Source: Nemertoderma westbladi (lineage: Eukaryota > Animalia > Xenacoelomorpha). From it: a stretch of DNA of 64,000 nucleotides. The translations under genes were made by a program, and so were the position numbers. This document shows positions 26,801 through 38,916 of the stretch, piece after piece (the stretch's first letter is position 1; every line of letters begins with the position of its first letter). The DNA is taken from assembly GCA_032718475.1 (NCBI GenBank), contig JAUCBJ010007613.1, positions 62,001 to 126,000 on the forward strand, read 5' to 3'. The notes under the pieces are model-generated. The model was not told where the DNA came from, searched no databases, and saw only the letters and a program-made list of their open reading frames with translations.

Positions 26801-28440
26801 TGCAAATATATAAAGTTCATTGCAGGACGCAATTCACTGAATTTCAGGGCGTACAGTTCTCTTAAATACCGGTAGGCCTATATCAGATCTGTACATATTA
26901 TCATATAAATAAGAAAAATATATAATAATTAATAATAACATAATAATAATAATATATAATAATAGCCATACATCCATGAAAAAATTTAGCTTCCTATACG
27001 TTAGGCGTAATTTGGGACATCATATAGGCTATAGGTTTAAAAAATAAATATTGTGATTGTAAAAAATTGTGATTGTGCTTTACTATTTTCAGTTTTTTGT
27101 CTGTCTGTATCAGTAGGCTACCTGTTGTAGCATACTGATCACTGATGCGCTTTGAAATCACCCAATATACAAAACTAGCAACTACCGGTAGTACATTTTA
27201 CACCCTACACATTTTACCCTGTACATTTTTCACATATTTTTCTAAAATGTTTTATGTCCCAAATTCCCCCAGTTGACCCTATCTTTAATTCAATGACCAC
27301 CTAAACCTAACAATGAGACCAGTATTACATCGCCCTAACCTACTACCGGTATTGTAGACTCACTCATTCACATAAGGAGATATATTTTAACCAGCCAATA
27401 TGATGCTCATGCCTTTACATCATAGTTCTTACCTTTGAACGGGAACAACTGCTCTTTTTTTCGAAGGTGTAAAGCAATCCTTGGCTCTAATCAATTGTTC
27501 CTCCGCCAGGTTGAACGAATCTGTAATATAAATTAAACTCATGTCATGGTACCGTTATCTAAAGTAAAGCATAGTACTGTAGTACATAGTAGGTCGTCAA
27601 CCCGGTCCCACTTGGTGTAGTAGTAAAACTGGTAACAGTTAAATACCTTGGTGTAGTGGTTGCATTTGCATTGAATTCACATCTCTCTGTAGGTCGCGGG
27701 TTCAATCCCCCCCCCCCCCCCCCCCCCCCCACATGCCACATGGGCAAGGGCAGTTTTCGTTTCGGCACGAATGCTTTAAAGGGGACTAGCCAGGGCGCAT
27801 CTGAGCCTTTCATCCTTAATTGGTAGCTAAATGGGTACAGGTACTGCAGTTTCCTCTGGGGAGTAAAGTTCTGGGGGGACCGCACTGGAAATAAGTCGTC
27901 AGACTTTGTGTGTAAACCCGCCCCCGGCACCCGGCTAACGGCCGAAGAAAATTTACTTCACTTTACTTTAGGGCTACCGGCAGACCGGTACTTTTTACAG
28001 TGTTTTACTAAAAAATATCTGCCGGTAGGTAAAGGTCTGCCACTCTGCCAGGCTAGTAGCCTGGCAGAGTGGCAGACCTTTACCTTTACCTACCTTTACC
28101 TACAGGTAGGGTAGCCTGAGGCTACCCTACCTGTCACCTGTACAGGCAGACATGTACCGGTAATTATTCAGTAGAGCTAGACAGCTAGAGGCTTACCTTT
28201 TTGATCGATAATAAAAACATCGTAATGTTCCCAGTCCAGCATATCAGATGGTTCCAACATTGATTGTTTCCTAAGTTTTTTAAACTTTTCATTAGATAAT
28301 CTCTGGATGTTTGAAGGGTAAGGGCAGTAAGTTACCCGTACCGTTTCGCCATTTCCATCCACCTCATTATCAGTCGACAACCAACGGGTCGGGACTGTTA
28401 ATAGACTATTATCGACAATAAACTTCACCACGGAGAACAT
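20811..28440 (-). CDS. 7-exon zinc-finger tyrosine recombinase, 1059 aa; exons 28440-28197, 27520-27433, 26799-26702, 26342-26202, 25995-25780, 24844-22690, 21048-20811
   Basis: All six introns are GT-AG with matching phases (1,2,1,1,1,2); total 3180 nt, no stops. Two CxxC-x9-H-x4-H fingers; YR motifs GLRE, HKT, SFRH and MGHSRETQLRIY; (GPDSNA[TI])n; C-terminal Myb/SANT-like exon (VWSPNSSVRLCEAF...KTDKQIYQRL). Confidence 0.8.
21145..22348. mobile_element. MULE-like non-autonomous insertion with an internal 44-bp tandem array (~26 copies) in the last YR intron
   Basis: 9-bp direct repeat TTAATAAGC at 21136-21144 and 22349-22357. Ends GGACAATTCCGACCC / GGGTCGGAATTAGCTGTCC. Unit ccgacaattccgacccgaacacttgcgacccggaaaatccaaca. 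Confidence 0.7.
22714..23310 (-). repeat. 21-bp coding minisatellite (~28 copies), (GPDSNAT/I)n
   Basis: Direct reading; in frame with the YR ORF. Confidence 0.95.
27648..27970 (+). mobile_element. tRNA-derived SINE in YR intron 1
   Basis: A-box-like ggtgtagtggtt, B-box gggttcaatccc, tttac(t)-type tail; second copy at 17890-18007. Confidence 0.65.
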
Positions 28441-29029
28441 TATGCCAAGCGCCAAGGTTAATTATGTAGGCCTAAAGGAAATGCATTTAGGAAATGCGCA
28501 AATGTGAAGTTAAGGGCTAAATGCTGAAATGCTTTACAGCTTTAGGCTGTTAGGCCTACGACTTTCATTCAGACTACCGGTAAGAGAGAACAAGTTTGCA
28601 GCACTGCATTTACTGTACTACCATGGCCATGGTACTACTGCATTAACGCGGATGAATATTACAACAATACAACAGAAATCTAATATTCCATTAAGACAAT
28701 GATGAACTTCAATTATATTGCTTTGAAAACACCTGTTTTCAAGATAAAGATTTAATATGATAACTTTCATACCAGTAGCCAAACGTAACATATTTAGAAT
28801 GACAAAATTATTCTCTTCAAAATATCCTATTTCAAAATCAAAAACAATTTAACCCAGCAAAATATGTCTTAGGGCGTACTACATTATTAACGAAATTGTG
28901 ATAAGGGGGGGGGGGGGGGGGGGGGGGGGGGTGGTGGTGGTGCTGCCGGGTAGTGGCCTACGTAGTATTCTTCACATGGGGAAAACTGCGAAGTGAAATA
29001 TAACAGCAGAAAGTTTGGTGTACTTTACA

Positions 29030-31390
29030 TGACGTTAGTTATTGAATTGGGAAACTACTTGTTTGGGGTATGAATTCGGATATGATTACAAATGAAAAAA
29101 TAATGTTACAAACGTTTAAATAGACTAACGCGAAATGATATATCTCAAATCTATATAAAGTGTCCATATAGGGTAACTTTATATCAACACTAAATGGCCA
29201 GTATTATACAGTATGTAGTTCCAGGCACACAGGCATACCGAGATATCAAACTTTATTTGATATGGCCATAGTGGCAAATTTCGACGGAATTGGGTAAGTC
29301 TCAAAGGTCACAGTTTCCATACAGTGAAAACACATAAATCAGGGAAATAAGTATTCTTATAGCTGGAAAAATGTCCCTTTTGGTATAGAGTAAAAAGCGA
29401 TGAGATGACGCTTTTAATTATTCATCATTGATCATTCATTATTCGTCATCACGTTATTCTAACCAAAATAATAAACTAAAGTCAGTAGAACATGTTACAG
29501 TTTCATTTTTTCGAGTAATCAGCTGTTTTTTTGCCGTGTGAAGAATACCAGGTTTTTACTTTCGGTCGAAATTTTATTGGAATTGTATATGTGAAGAATA
29601 TAACCTCTACAGATACTAAATCGTTTATTGTTTTGGTTAGATTCAGCCCTTCTGTAACCTGCATTTTTAGTGAAAACCTGTATTCTTCACATTGCATTGG
29701 GCTTAACTGCAAAGTACAGCAAAGTACCTGGAGAGGGATTAATTTTGATTGCATCGTAAATCCCCCTAGCTATCCGTCATGGTTAGAAACGCTATGACAA
29801 AGTTTCAATTCCTTAGACTAAATTATATATCACAAACCTACATAAAGTGTCCATATAGGGTAATTTATTAATCAACACTAAATGGCCAGTGTACAGTAGT
29901 TCCAGGCATACTGAGAAATCAAATTTACATTGATCTGGCCATAATGGCGAATTTCCACATGATATTGACTACGGATTTATGGCCACAGTGGCCATACAGA
30001 GAAATGGCACAGAAGATATCACCATAAAAGATGAAAGCCCACAACTAAAGTGATTTCTTACATACTGTATATTTAATCTGTCTGTATTTAAGGTCTGTAT
30101 TTAAATCTGTATTTAAGGTCGGTCGGTCGGTCGGTCGGTCGGTCGGTCGGTCGGTCGGTCGGTCGGTCGGTCGGTCGGTCGGTCGGTCGGTCGGTCGGTC
30201 GGTCGGTCGGTCGGTCGGTCGGTCGGTCGGTCGGTCGGTCGGTCGGTCGGTCGGTCGGTCGGTCGGTCGGTCGGTCGGTCGGTCGGTCGGTCGGTCGGTC
30301 GGTCGGTCGGTCGGTCGGTCGGTCGGTCGGTCGGTCGGTCGGTCGGTCGGTCGGTCGGTCGGTCGGTCGGTCGGTCGGTCGGTCGGTCGGTCGGTCGGTC
30401 GGTCGGTCGGTCGGTCGGTCGGTCGGTCGGTCGGTCGGTCGGTCGGTCGGTCGGTCGGTCGGTCGGTCGGTCGGTCGGTCGGTCGGTCGGTCGGTCGGTC
30501 GGTCGGTCGGTCGGTCGGTCGGTCGGTCGCCACTATACGGCCATATCAAATAAATTTTGATATCTCGGTATGCCTGGAACTACAAAACACTGTTCATTAA
30601 GTAGTGTTGAGTTAAATTTACCCTATATATGGACACTTTATATAGATTTGGGATATGTAATTTAGTCTAAGGAATTGAAACTTTGTAACAGCGTTTCTAA
30701 CCATAAACAATAATTGCCGTTACTTTACCAACAGTATTTTTTTTCATTATTGTAATCATACCCCAAACAAGCAGATCCCCAATTCAATAACTAAAAGTCA
30801 GGAGATAGGCCTACTCTCATTACGTGACTAACATACTGTAGCTTCGGGTACTCACAATAAAATTGTTAGCATGATGATCTCATTAACTTCTAAATTATTC
30901 TTCAAATGTAACTTTGAATTCATTTAACTCTCAAAATTACTGTAAATCCAAACAAGACTAGTATATAACATCTCTACATTGTATTATCTAAAAAAAATAC
31001 AAATTTCCGATGAGAACTATTATTATAGCTAGCTGCCTGTACCCATACAGATTAAATAAATGTAAGAAATCACTTTAGTTGTGGGCTTGCATCTTTTAAT
31101 GTGATATCTTCTCTGCCATGGCCACTGTGGCCATAAATCCGTAGTCAATATCATGTGGAAATTCGCCATTATGGCCAGATCAATGTAAATTTGATTTCTC
31201 TGTATGCCCGGAACTACTGTTTAACACTGGCCATTTAGTGTTGATAAATAAATTACCCTATATGGACACTTTATATAGGTTTGTAATATTTAATTAAGTC
31301 TAAGGAAATGAAACCTTGTCACAGAGTTTCTAACCATGACAGCTAGCTAGGGGGACTTTCGATGCAATCAAAATTAATTCCTCTCCTCCA
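29030..31390. repeat. Dispersed direct and inverted repeats (~270-340 bp) around a (GGTC)n tract
   Basis: 29030-29280 is inverted at 30530-30795; 29730-30065 is inverted at 31060-31385; the two units share a core (taaagtgtccatatagggtaa...aaatggccagt). Confidence 0.8.
30117..30528. repeat. Perfect (GGTC)n microsatellite, ~103 units
   Basis: Direct reading. Confidence 0.97.
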
Positions 31391-32646
31391 GGGGAAAATC
31401 CTGGGTAAATAACAGCTGAACTGTTGTTACCTGTTCTATTAAATTAAATTTTTGTATTGTTAGAATAACGAGCCATTGTGACCTGCTCCTTTCCATTAAT
31501 TGTTTATTTAACAATGAGGCGAGATTTTCAATTCTTCAATATTCCAGACCTCAAATGGTCCAAATAAAATCAAAGTAATATAAACGTGTGTAATCACAAA
31601 AGATATTAAAATTATGTAAGTATGTATTTATTGAAATGATGAGTAAAATACATTTTGATATTAATTTAGCAGTAGCAATATTAAATTAGCAGATTCGAAT
31701 TCAATAACTAACGCCAGGAGATACTCTCATTACGTGACTAACATTTATCTTTCAATTTAAGTGATTGTATATTTCTTAGTAAAGAAACATATGATACAGA
31801 GATAGGTTCATTATAAGAACCAAAATAATAAACCACCTAGAGGAAATATTGACGCACGACCCAACGATGCAATGTAGAAGCAATGGATGTACAGTAGGAT
31901 GTACAGTAGGACCTACACCCCCTATGAATGGAGCAGTATTTCATCAATTTAATGGCATGTCCTAATTGTATGGGAATGAATCGTCCTCTTGTTTAGATTA
32001 TCAACGATAAGAGGTTGAGACTGATCTACTATCAAATTAAAAATGACGAGTGAAAATTGAGTTGCCAATATTTCAGCCACTACAGTTTTTTTTAAACAAT
32101 ACGAGTATTTTTAATTAAAACTGTTTAGGGCTTACTAAATAGTAAATCTCGTTTTATTATAATTTTTAAAATATTATTTTAACTATTAAATTAGCTTTTT
32201 GTTCATTAAATCATCTCCTGAATAGTCATAAACCACATTAGTATAATAATTACAGCCGTTCCATAAAAATTTCGTTGTAAGTACTCTCACCATTAAATCA
32301 TAAAGAAACAACAATTGCCCTTTTGCAATACCTTAACATGCCGTCAGGGGGTGCTCCAATTTACACTTATTCACTGTCATTATTTTATATATATATATTG
32401 CACATAATGGACACGTGGCCCTAGTGTGTATCTTTTGAAACTAAAAGCAAATAGCAACTAAACGCAATATGGCCACTTTTACTTGACAATCAATTTTGGA
32501 AAGTTTCTATGATTAAAAATACACCTTATCATTTGTAGTGCCATATTTCAAGGACACAGAGGTTCTGAAAACGTTTCAAGTCTTAAAATTAATATAAAGG
32601 GCAATATATTCACTTTGTTAAATGTGGCCATATTGACCGTTTTAAG

Positions 32647-32660
32647 ATATATATATATAT
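32647..32660. repeat. (AT)7 spacer shared between elements A and B
   Basis: Direct reading: ...ttttaag atatatatatatat g tacgttc... Confidence 0.9.
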
Positions 32661-32899
32661 GTACGTTCTGCCTAAAGGGCCATAGATATGTATCTTTGAA
32701 ATGAAGGGTATTATGTACCTATATAATACAGAATGGAAGTAAAAAGGGCCATTAGTATATCTACATATCTTGTGTATATATGTTCCTACATATACCATTT
32801 TAATATACATACATAAAGATGAAATAACGAGCGAAAGGGCCAACTTATATATCTATATAGTGAGATATGTAGGTATAGTGTACCTATATAACTCAATGG

Positions 32900-35800
32900 C
32901 CCTATCTTATTTCTCTTCATTCTTACAGTTCAGTTTATTTGTAAGATCAATTTGGATGGAAATGGGCCACTGTAAATGATGTATATTTGTGGCCCTAATG
33001 TAAATCATCTCATTCTTTATGATAGTAAAGGTGGCCCTTTTCCCGTTCATTTAATTTAATAAATCAATTTTGAAACAAATGGGCCAGTCAAACTTTCTCA
33101 AAAAATGACATGAATAGTAACATGAATTGTAAGACTTGCAATGTAATTACCACAGTTAAGTAAACTAAAATAATAAAAGTTTTAATTATGCATTATTTTT
33201 GTTTGAACATATTTTATGTATGGTTGATATATCTTCTTGAAATTTGGTAAGAGTGACCTACACCTACAAGCATTGTTTATTTAGAAATTCTAAATTCAGA
33301 CAGACTTTAAAGTTCCCCTGTCTGCCGCTAGGGGGGCGTATTGACAGAATCGTAGAAGTAGCTGTGTAATTATAGAACCAACCACCAGATTCCATCTGAA
33401 ATTTGGTAGGAGTGAACAAGGAGAATTGCATAATTATAAATTCTATGCCTAGACGGACTTTTATAGTTCTTATGTTCGTTATTCGTTACTATGTTCTAGC
33501 TCTAAAGAGCCTTGTCCATAAATATCTCCATGGCGCTACAGTATGGCCCTAATGCTGTTAAGCTCATTGTATTTCATTCTGGCCCTTTTTCAGTTCAGTT
33601 TATTGGTAAGATCAATTTGGATGCAAAAGGCCACTGTAAAAGATGTATATTTGTGGCCCTAATGTAAATCATCTCATTCTTTATGATAGTAAAGGTGGCC
33701 CTTGTCCCGTTCATTTAATTTAATAAATCAATTTTGAATCAAATGGGCCAGTCAAACTTTCTCAAAAAATGACATGAATAGTAACATGATTTGTAAGACT
33801 TGCAATGTAATATTTACCTCAGTTAACCTAAAACTAAAATAATGTAGATTTTAATAAACATTATTTTTGTTTGAACATATTTTATGTACTGTACGGTTAG
33901 ACTTTCAAGTTCCCATGTCTTCAACGGGCAGTTATCGCCGTTGCTTAAGTAGAAATTATACACACAGACAGACTTTAAAGTTCCCCTGTCTGCCGCTAGG
34001 CGGGCGAATTGACAGAATCGTAGAAGTAGCTGTGTAATTATAGAACCAACCATCAGATTCCATCTGAAATTTGGTATGAGTGAACAAGGAGAATTGCATA
34101 ATTATAAATTCTATGCCTAGACGGACTTTTATAGTTCTTATGGTCGTTATTCGTTACTATGTTCTAGCTCTAAAGAGCCTTGTCCATAAATATCTCCATG
34201 GCGCTACAGTATGGCCCTACCCTAATGCTGTTAAGCTCATTGTATTTCATTCTGGCCCTTTTTCATCTCAGTTTATTGGTAAGATCAATTTGGATGCAAA
34301 AGGCCACTGTAAAAGATGTATATTTGTGGCCCTAATGTAAATCATCTCATTCTTTATGATTGTAAAGGTGGCCCTTTTCCCGTTCATTTAATTTAATAAA
34401 TCAATTTTGAATCAAATGGGCCAGTCAAACTTTCTCAAAAAATGACATGAATAGTAACATGATTTGTAAGACTTGCAATGTAATATTTACCTCAGTTAAC
34501 CTAAAACTAAAATAATGTAGATTTTAATAAACATTATTTTTGTTTGAACATATTTTATGTACTGTACGGTTAGACTTTCAAGTTCCCATGTCTTCAACGG
34601 GCAGTTATCGCCGTTGCTTAAGTAGAAATTATACACACAGACAGACTTTAAAGTTCACCTGTCTGCCGCTAGGGAGGCGAATTGACAGAAACGTAGAAGT
34701 AGCTGTGTAATTATAGAACCAACCATCAGATTCCATCTGAAATTTGATAGGAGTGAACAAGGAGAATTGCATAATTATAAATTCTATGCCTAGACGGACT
34801 TTTATAGTTCTTATGGTCGTTATTCGTTACTATGTTCTAGCTCTAAAGAGCCTTGTCCATAAATATCTCCATGGCGCTACAGTATGGCCCTAATGCTGTT
34901 AAGCTCATTGTATTTCATTCTGGCCCTTTTTCATCTCAGTTTATTGGTAAGATCAATTTGGATCTGAAATTTGGTAGGAGTGAACAAGGAGAATTGCATA
35001 ATTATAAATTCTATGCCTAGACGGACTTTTATAGTTCTTATGTTCGTTATTCGTTACTATGTTCTAGCTCTAAAGAGCCTTGTCCATAAATATCTCCATG
35101 GCGCTACAGTATGGCCCTAATGCTGTTAAGCTCATTGTATTTCATTCTGGCCCTTTTTCAGTTCAGTTTATTGGTAAGATCAATTTGGATGCAAAAGGCC
35201 ACTGTAAAAGATGTATATTTGTGGCCCTAATGTAAATCATCTCATTCTTTATGATAGTAAAGGTGGCCCTTTTCCCGTTCATTTAATTTAATAAATCAAT
35301 TTTGAATCAAATGGGCCAGTCAAACTTTCTCAAAAAATGACATGAAAAGTAACATGATTTGTAAGACTTGCAATGTAATATTTACCTCAGTTAACTTAAA
35401 ACTAAAATAATGTAGATTTTAATAAACATTATTTTTGTTTGAACATATTTTATGTACTGTACGGTTAGACTTTTCAAGTTCCCATGTCTTCAACGGGCAG
35501 TTATCGCCGTTGCTTAAGTAGAAATTATACACACAGACAGACTTTAAAGTTCACCTGTCTGCCGCTAGGGAGGCGAATTGACATAAACTTAGAAGTAGCT
35601 GTGTAATTATAGAACCAACCATCAGATTCATCTGAAATTTGGTAGGAGTGAACAAGGAGCATTGCATAATTATAAATTCTATGCCTAGACGGACTTTTAT
35701 AGCTCTTATGTTCGTTATTCGTTACTATGTTCTAGCTCTAAAGAGCCTTGTCCATAAATATCTCCATGGCGCTACAGTATGGCCCTAATGCTGTTAAGCT

Positions 35801-38340
35801 CATTGTATTTCATTCTGGCCCTTTTTCATCTCAGTTTATTGGTAAGATCAATTTGGATGCAAAAGGCCACTGTAAAAGATGTATATTTGTGGCCCTAATG
35901 TAAATCATCTCATTCTTTATGATAGTAAAGGTGGCCCTTTTCCCGTTCATTTAATTTAATAAATCAATTTTGAATCAAATGGGCCAGTCAAACTTTCTCA
36001 AAAAATGACATGAAAAGTAACATGATTTGTAAGACTTGCAATGTAATATTTACCTCAGTTAACTTAAAACTAAAATAATGTAGATTTTAATAAACATTAT
36101 TTTTGTTTGAACATATTTTATGTACTGTACGGTTAGACTTTTCAAGTTCCCATGTCTTCAACGGGCAGTTATCGCCGTTGCTTAAGTAGAAATTATACGA
36201 ACAGACAGACTTTAAAGTTCACCTGTCTGCCGCTAGGGAGGCGAATTGGCAGAAACGTAGAAGTAGCTGTGTAATTATAGAACCAACCATCAGATTCATC
36301 TGAAATTTGGTAGGAGTGAACAAGGAGCATTGCATAATTATAAATTCTATGCCTAGAAGGACTTTTATAGCTCTTATGTTCGTTATTCGTTACTATGTTC
36401 TAGCTCTAAAGAGCCTTGTCCATAAATATCTCCATGGCGCTACAGTATGGCCCTAATGCTGTTAAGCTCATTGTATTTCATTCTGGCCCTTTTTCATCTC
36501 AGTTTATTGGTAAGATCAATTTGGATGCAAAAGGCCACTGTAAAAGATGTATATTTGTGGCCCTAATGTAAATCATCTCATTCTTTATGATAGTAAAGGT
36601 GGCCCTTTTCCCGTTCATTTAATTTAATAAATCAATTTTGAATCAAATGGGCCAGTCAAACTTTCTCAAAAAATGAAATGAATAGTAACATGATTTGTAA
36701 GACTTGCAATGTAATATTTACCTCAGTTAACTTAAAACTAAAATAATGTAGATTTTAATAAACATTATTTTTGTTTGAACATATTTTATGTACTGTACGG
36801 TTAGACTTTTCAAGTTCCCATGTCTTCAACGGGCAGTTATCGCCGTTGCTTAAGTAGAAATTATACGCACAGACAGACTTTAAAGTTCACCTGTCTGCCG
36901 CTAGGGAGGCGAATTGACAGAAACGTAGAAGTAGCTGTGTAATTATAGAACCAACCATCAGATTCATCTGAAATTTGGTAGGAGTGAACGAGGGGCATTG
37001 CATAATTATAAATTATATGCCTAGACGGACTTTTATAGTTCTTATGTTCGTTATTCGGTACTATGTTCTAGCTCTAAAGACCCTTATCCATAAATATCTC
37101 CATGGCGCTACAGTATGGCCCTAATGCTGTTAAGCTCATTGTGTTTCATTCTGGCCCTTTTTCATCTCAGTTTATTGGTAAGATCAATTTGGATGGAAAT
37201 GGGCCACTGTAAATGATGTATATTTGTGGCCCTAATGTAAATCATCTCATTCTTTATGATAGTAAAGGTGGCCCTTTTCCCGTTCATTTAATTTAATAAA
37301 TCAATTTTGAATCAAATGGGCCAGTCAAACTTTCTCAAAAAATGAAATGAATAGTAACATGATTTGTAAGACTTGCAATGTAATATTTACCTCAGTTAAA
37401 CTAAAACTAAAATAATGTAGATTTTAATAAACATTATTTTTGTTTGAACATATTTTATGTACTGTATGGTTAGACTTTCAAGTTCCCATGTCTTCAACGG
37501 GCAGTTATCGCCGTTGCTTAAGTAGAAATTATACACACAGACAGACTTTAAAGTTCACCTGTCTGCCGCTAGGGAGGCGAATTGACAGAAACGTAGAAGT
37601 AGCTGTGTAATTATAGAACCAACCATCAGATTCATCTGAAATTTGGTAGGAGTGAACAAGGAGCATTGCATAATTATAAATTCTATGCTTAGACGGACTT
37701 TTATACTGTAGTTCTTATGTTCGTTATTCGTTACTATGTTCGAGCTCTAAAGAGCCTTGTCCATAAATATCTCCATGGCGCTACAGTATGGCCCTAATGC
37801 TGTTAAGCTCATTGTATTTCATTCTGGCCCTTTTTCATCTCAGTTTATTGGTAAGATCAATTTGGATGCAAAAGGCCACTGTAAAAGATGTATATTTGTG
37901 GCCCTAATGTAAATCATCTCATTCTTTATGATAGTAAAGGTGGCCCTTTTCCCGTTCATTTAATTTAATAAATCAATTTTGAATCAAATGGGCCAGTCAA
38001 ACTTTCTCAAAAAATGACATAAATAGTAACATGATTTGTAAGACTTGCAATGTAATATTTACCTCAGTTAAACTAAAACTAAAATAATGTAGATTTTAAT
38101 AAACATTATTTTTGTTTGAACATATTTTATGTACTGTACGGTTAGACTTTTCAAGTTCCCATGTATTCAACGGGCAGTTATCGCCGTTGCTTAAGTAGAA
38201 ATTATACGAACAGACAGACTTTAAAGTTCACCTGTCTGCCGCTAGGGAGGCGAATTGACAGAAACGTAGAAGTAGCTGTGTAATTACAGTATGGCCCTAA
38301 TGCTGTTAAGCTCATTGTATTTGATTCTGGCCCTTTTTCA
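32900..38340. repeat. ~668-bp satellite, ~8 copies, left subterminal region of element B
   Basis: Marker ggccctaatgtaaatcatctc recurs at ~32992, 33655, 34328, 35223, 35891, 36559, 37228 and 37900. A diverged copy lies at ~50430-50650. Confidence 0.95.
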
Positions 38341-38369
38341 AAGGAAATTGTCCTAAGGAAATTGTTTAA

Positions 38370-38715
38370 ATTGGGATCTAAGTCTACCTAAGATCTAAGT
38401 ACGCTTTGCTTTCAACGTGGGGATCTATAAGTTCGCCTTGCGACTAGCATGATGATTTCCAAAGGCTTTTAATAGCATAAATTGGGATCTAAGTTCACCT
38501 AGTTAGGATCTAAGTTCACCTAGTTAGGATCTAAGTTCACCTAGTTAGGATCTAAGTTCACCTAGTTATGATCTAAGTTCCCCCAGGCAGGATCTAAGTT
38601 CACCTAGTTAGGATATAAGTTCACCTAGCTAGGATCTAAGTTCACCCAGATAGGACCTAAGTTCGGAAAGATCTAAATTCATCAAAGTCAGACCTTGCAG
38701 GATCTAAGTTCGTTT
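38370..38715. repeat. 21-bp tandem repeat ggatctaagttcacctagtta upstream of the element-B YR gene
   Basis: Direct reading; about 8 good copies plus degenerate ones. Confidence 0.9.
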
Positions 38716-38916
38716 TACCGTAGCCTGGTAGCACAAGTATCGGTAGAGTACCGTTACCATATGCAGTAAGCAGTACGTGGTACACCAGCAGAGCAGTAGT
38801 CCTGTACAGCTGTAGTCCTACAGAAGTAGTAGGCCTGCATATATAGACCCACCCCAGCACCCTGCCACCCCACCAGTCAGCCAGTGCTGCAGCCTGCAGA
38901 GCAGCAGTTCAGCAGA

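Larger units (their letters stand above)
19779..32646 (-). mobile_element. Element A: 12.9-kb tyrosine-recombinase DNA transposon (CryptonV-like) in (TA)n
   Basis: Left end CTTAAACGACACCATAAGGCCA versus reverse complement of right end CTTAAAACGGTCAATATGGCCA (15/22, GGCC at the same offset). Both ends abut (TA)n. Contains the YR gene. Confidence 0.75.

Noticed and set aside
30045-30549. (TDRP)n ORFs
   Set aside because: Translation of the (GGTC)n microsatellite.
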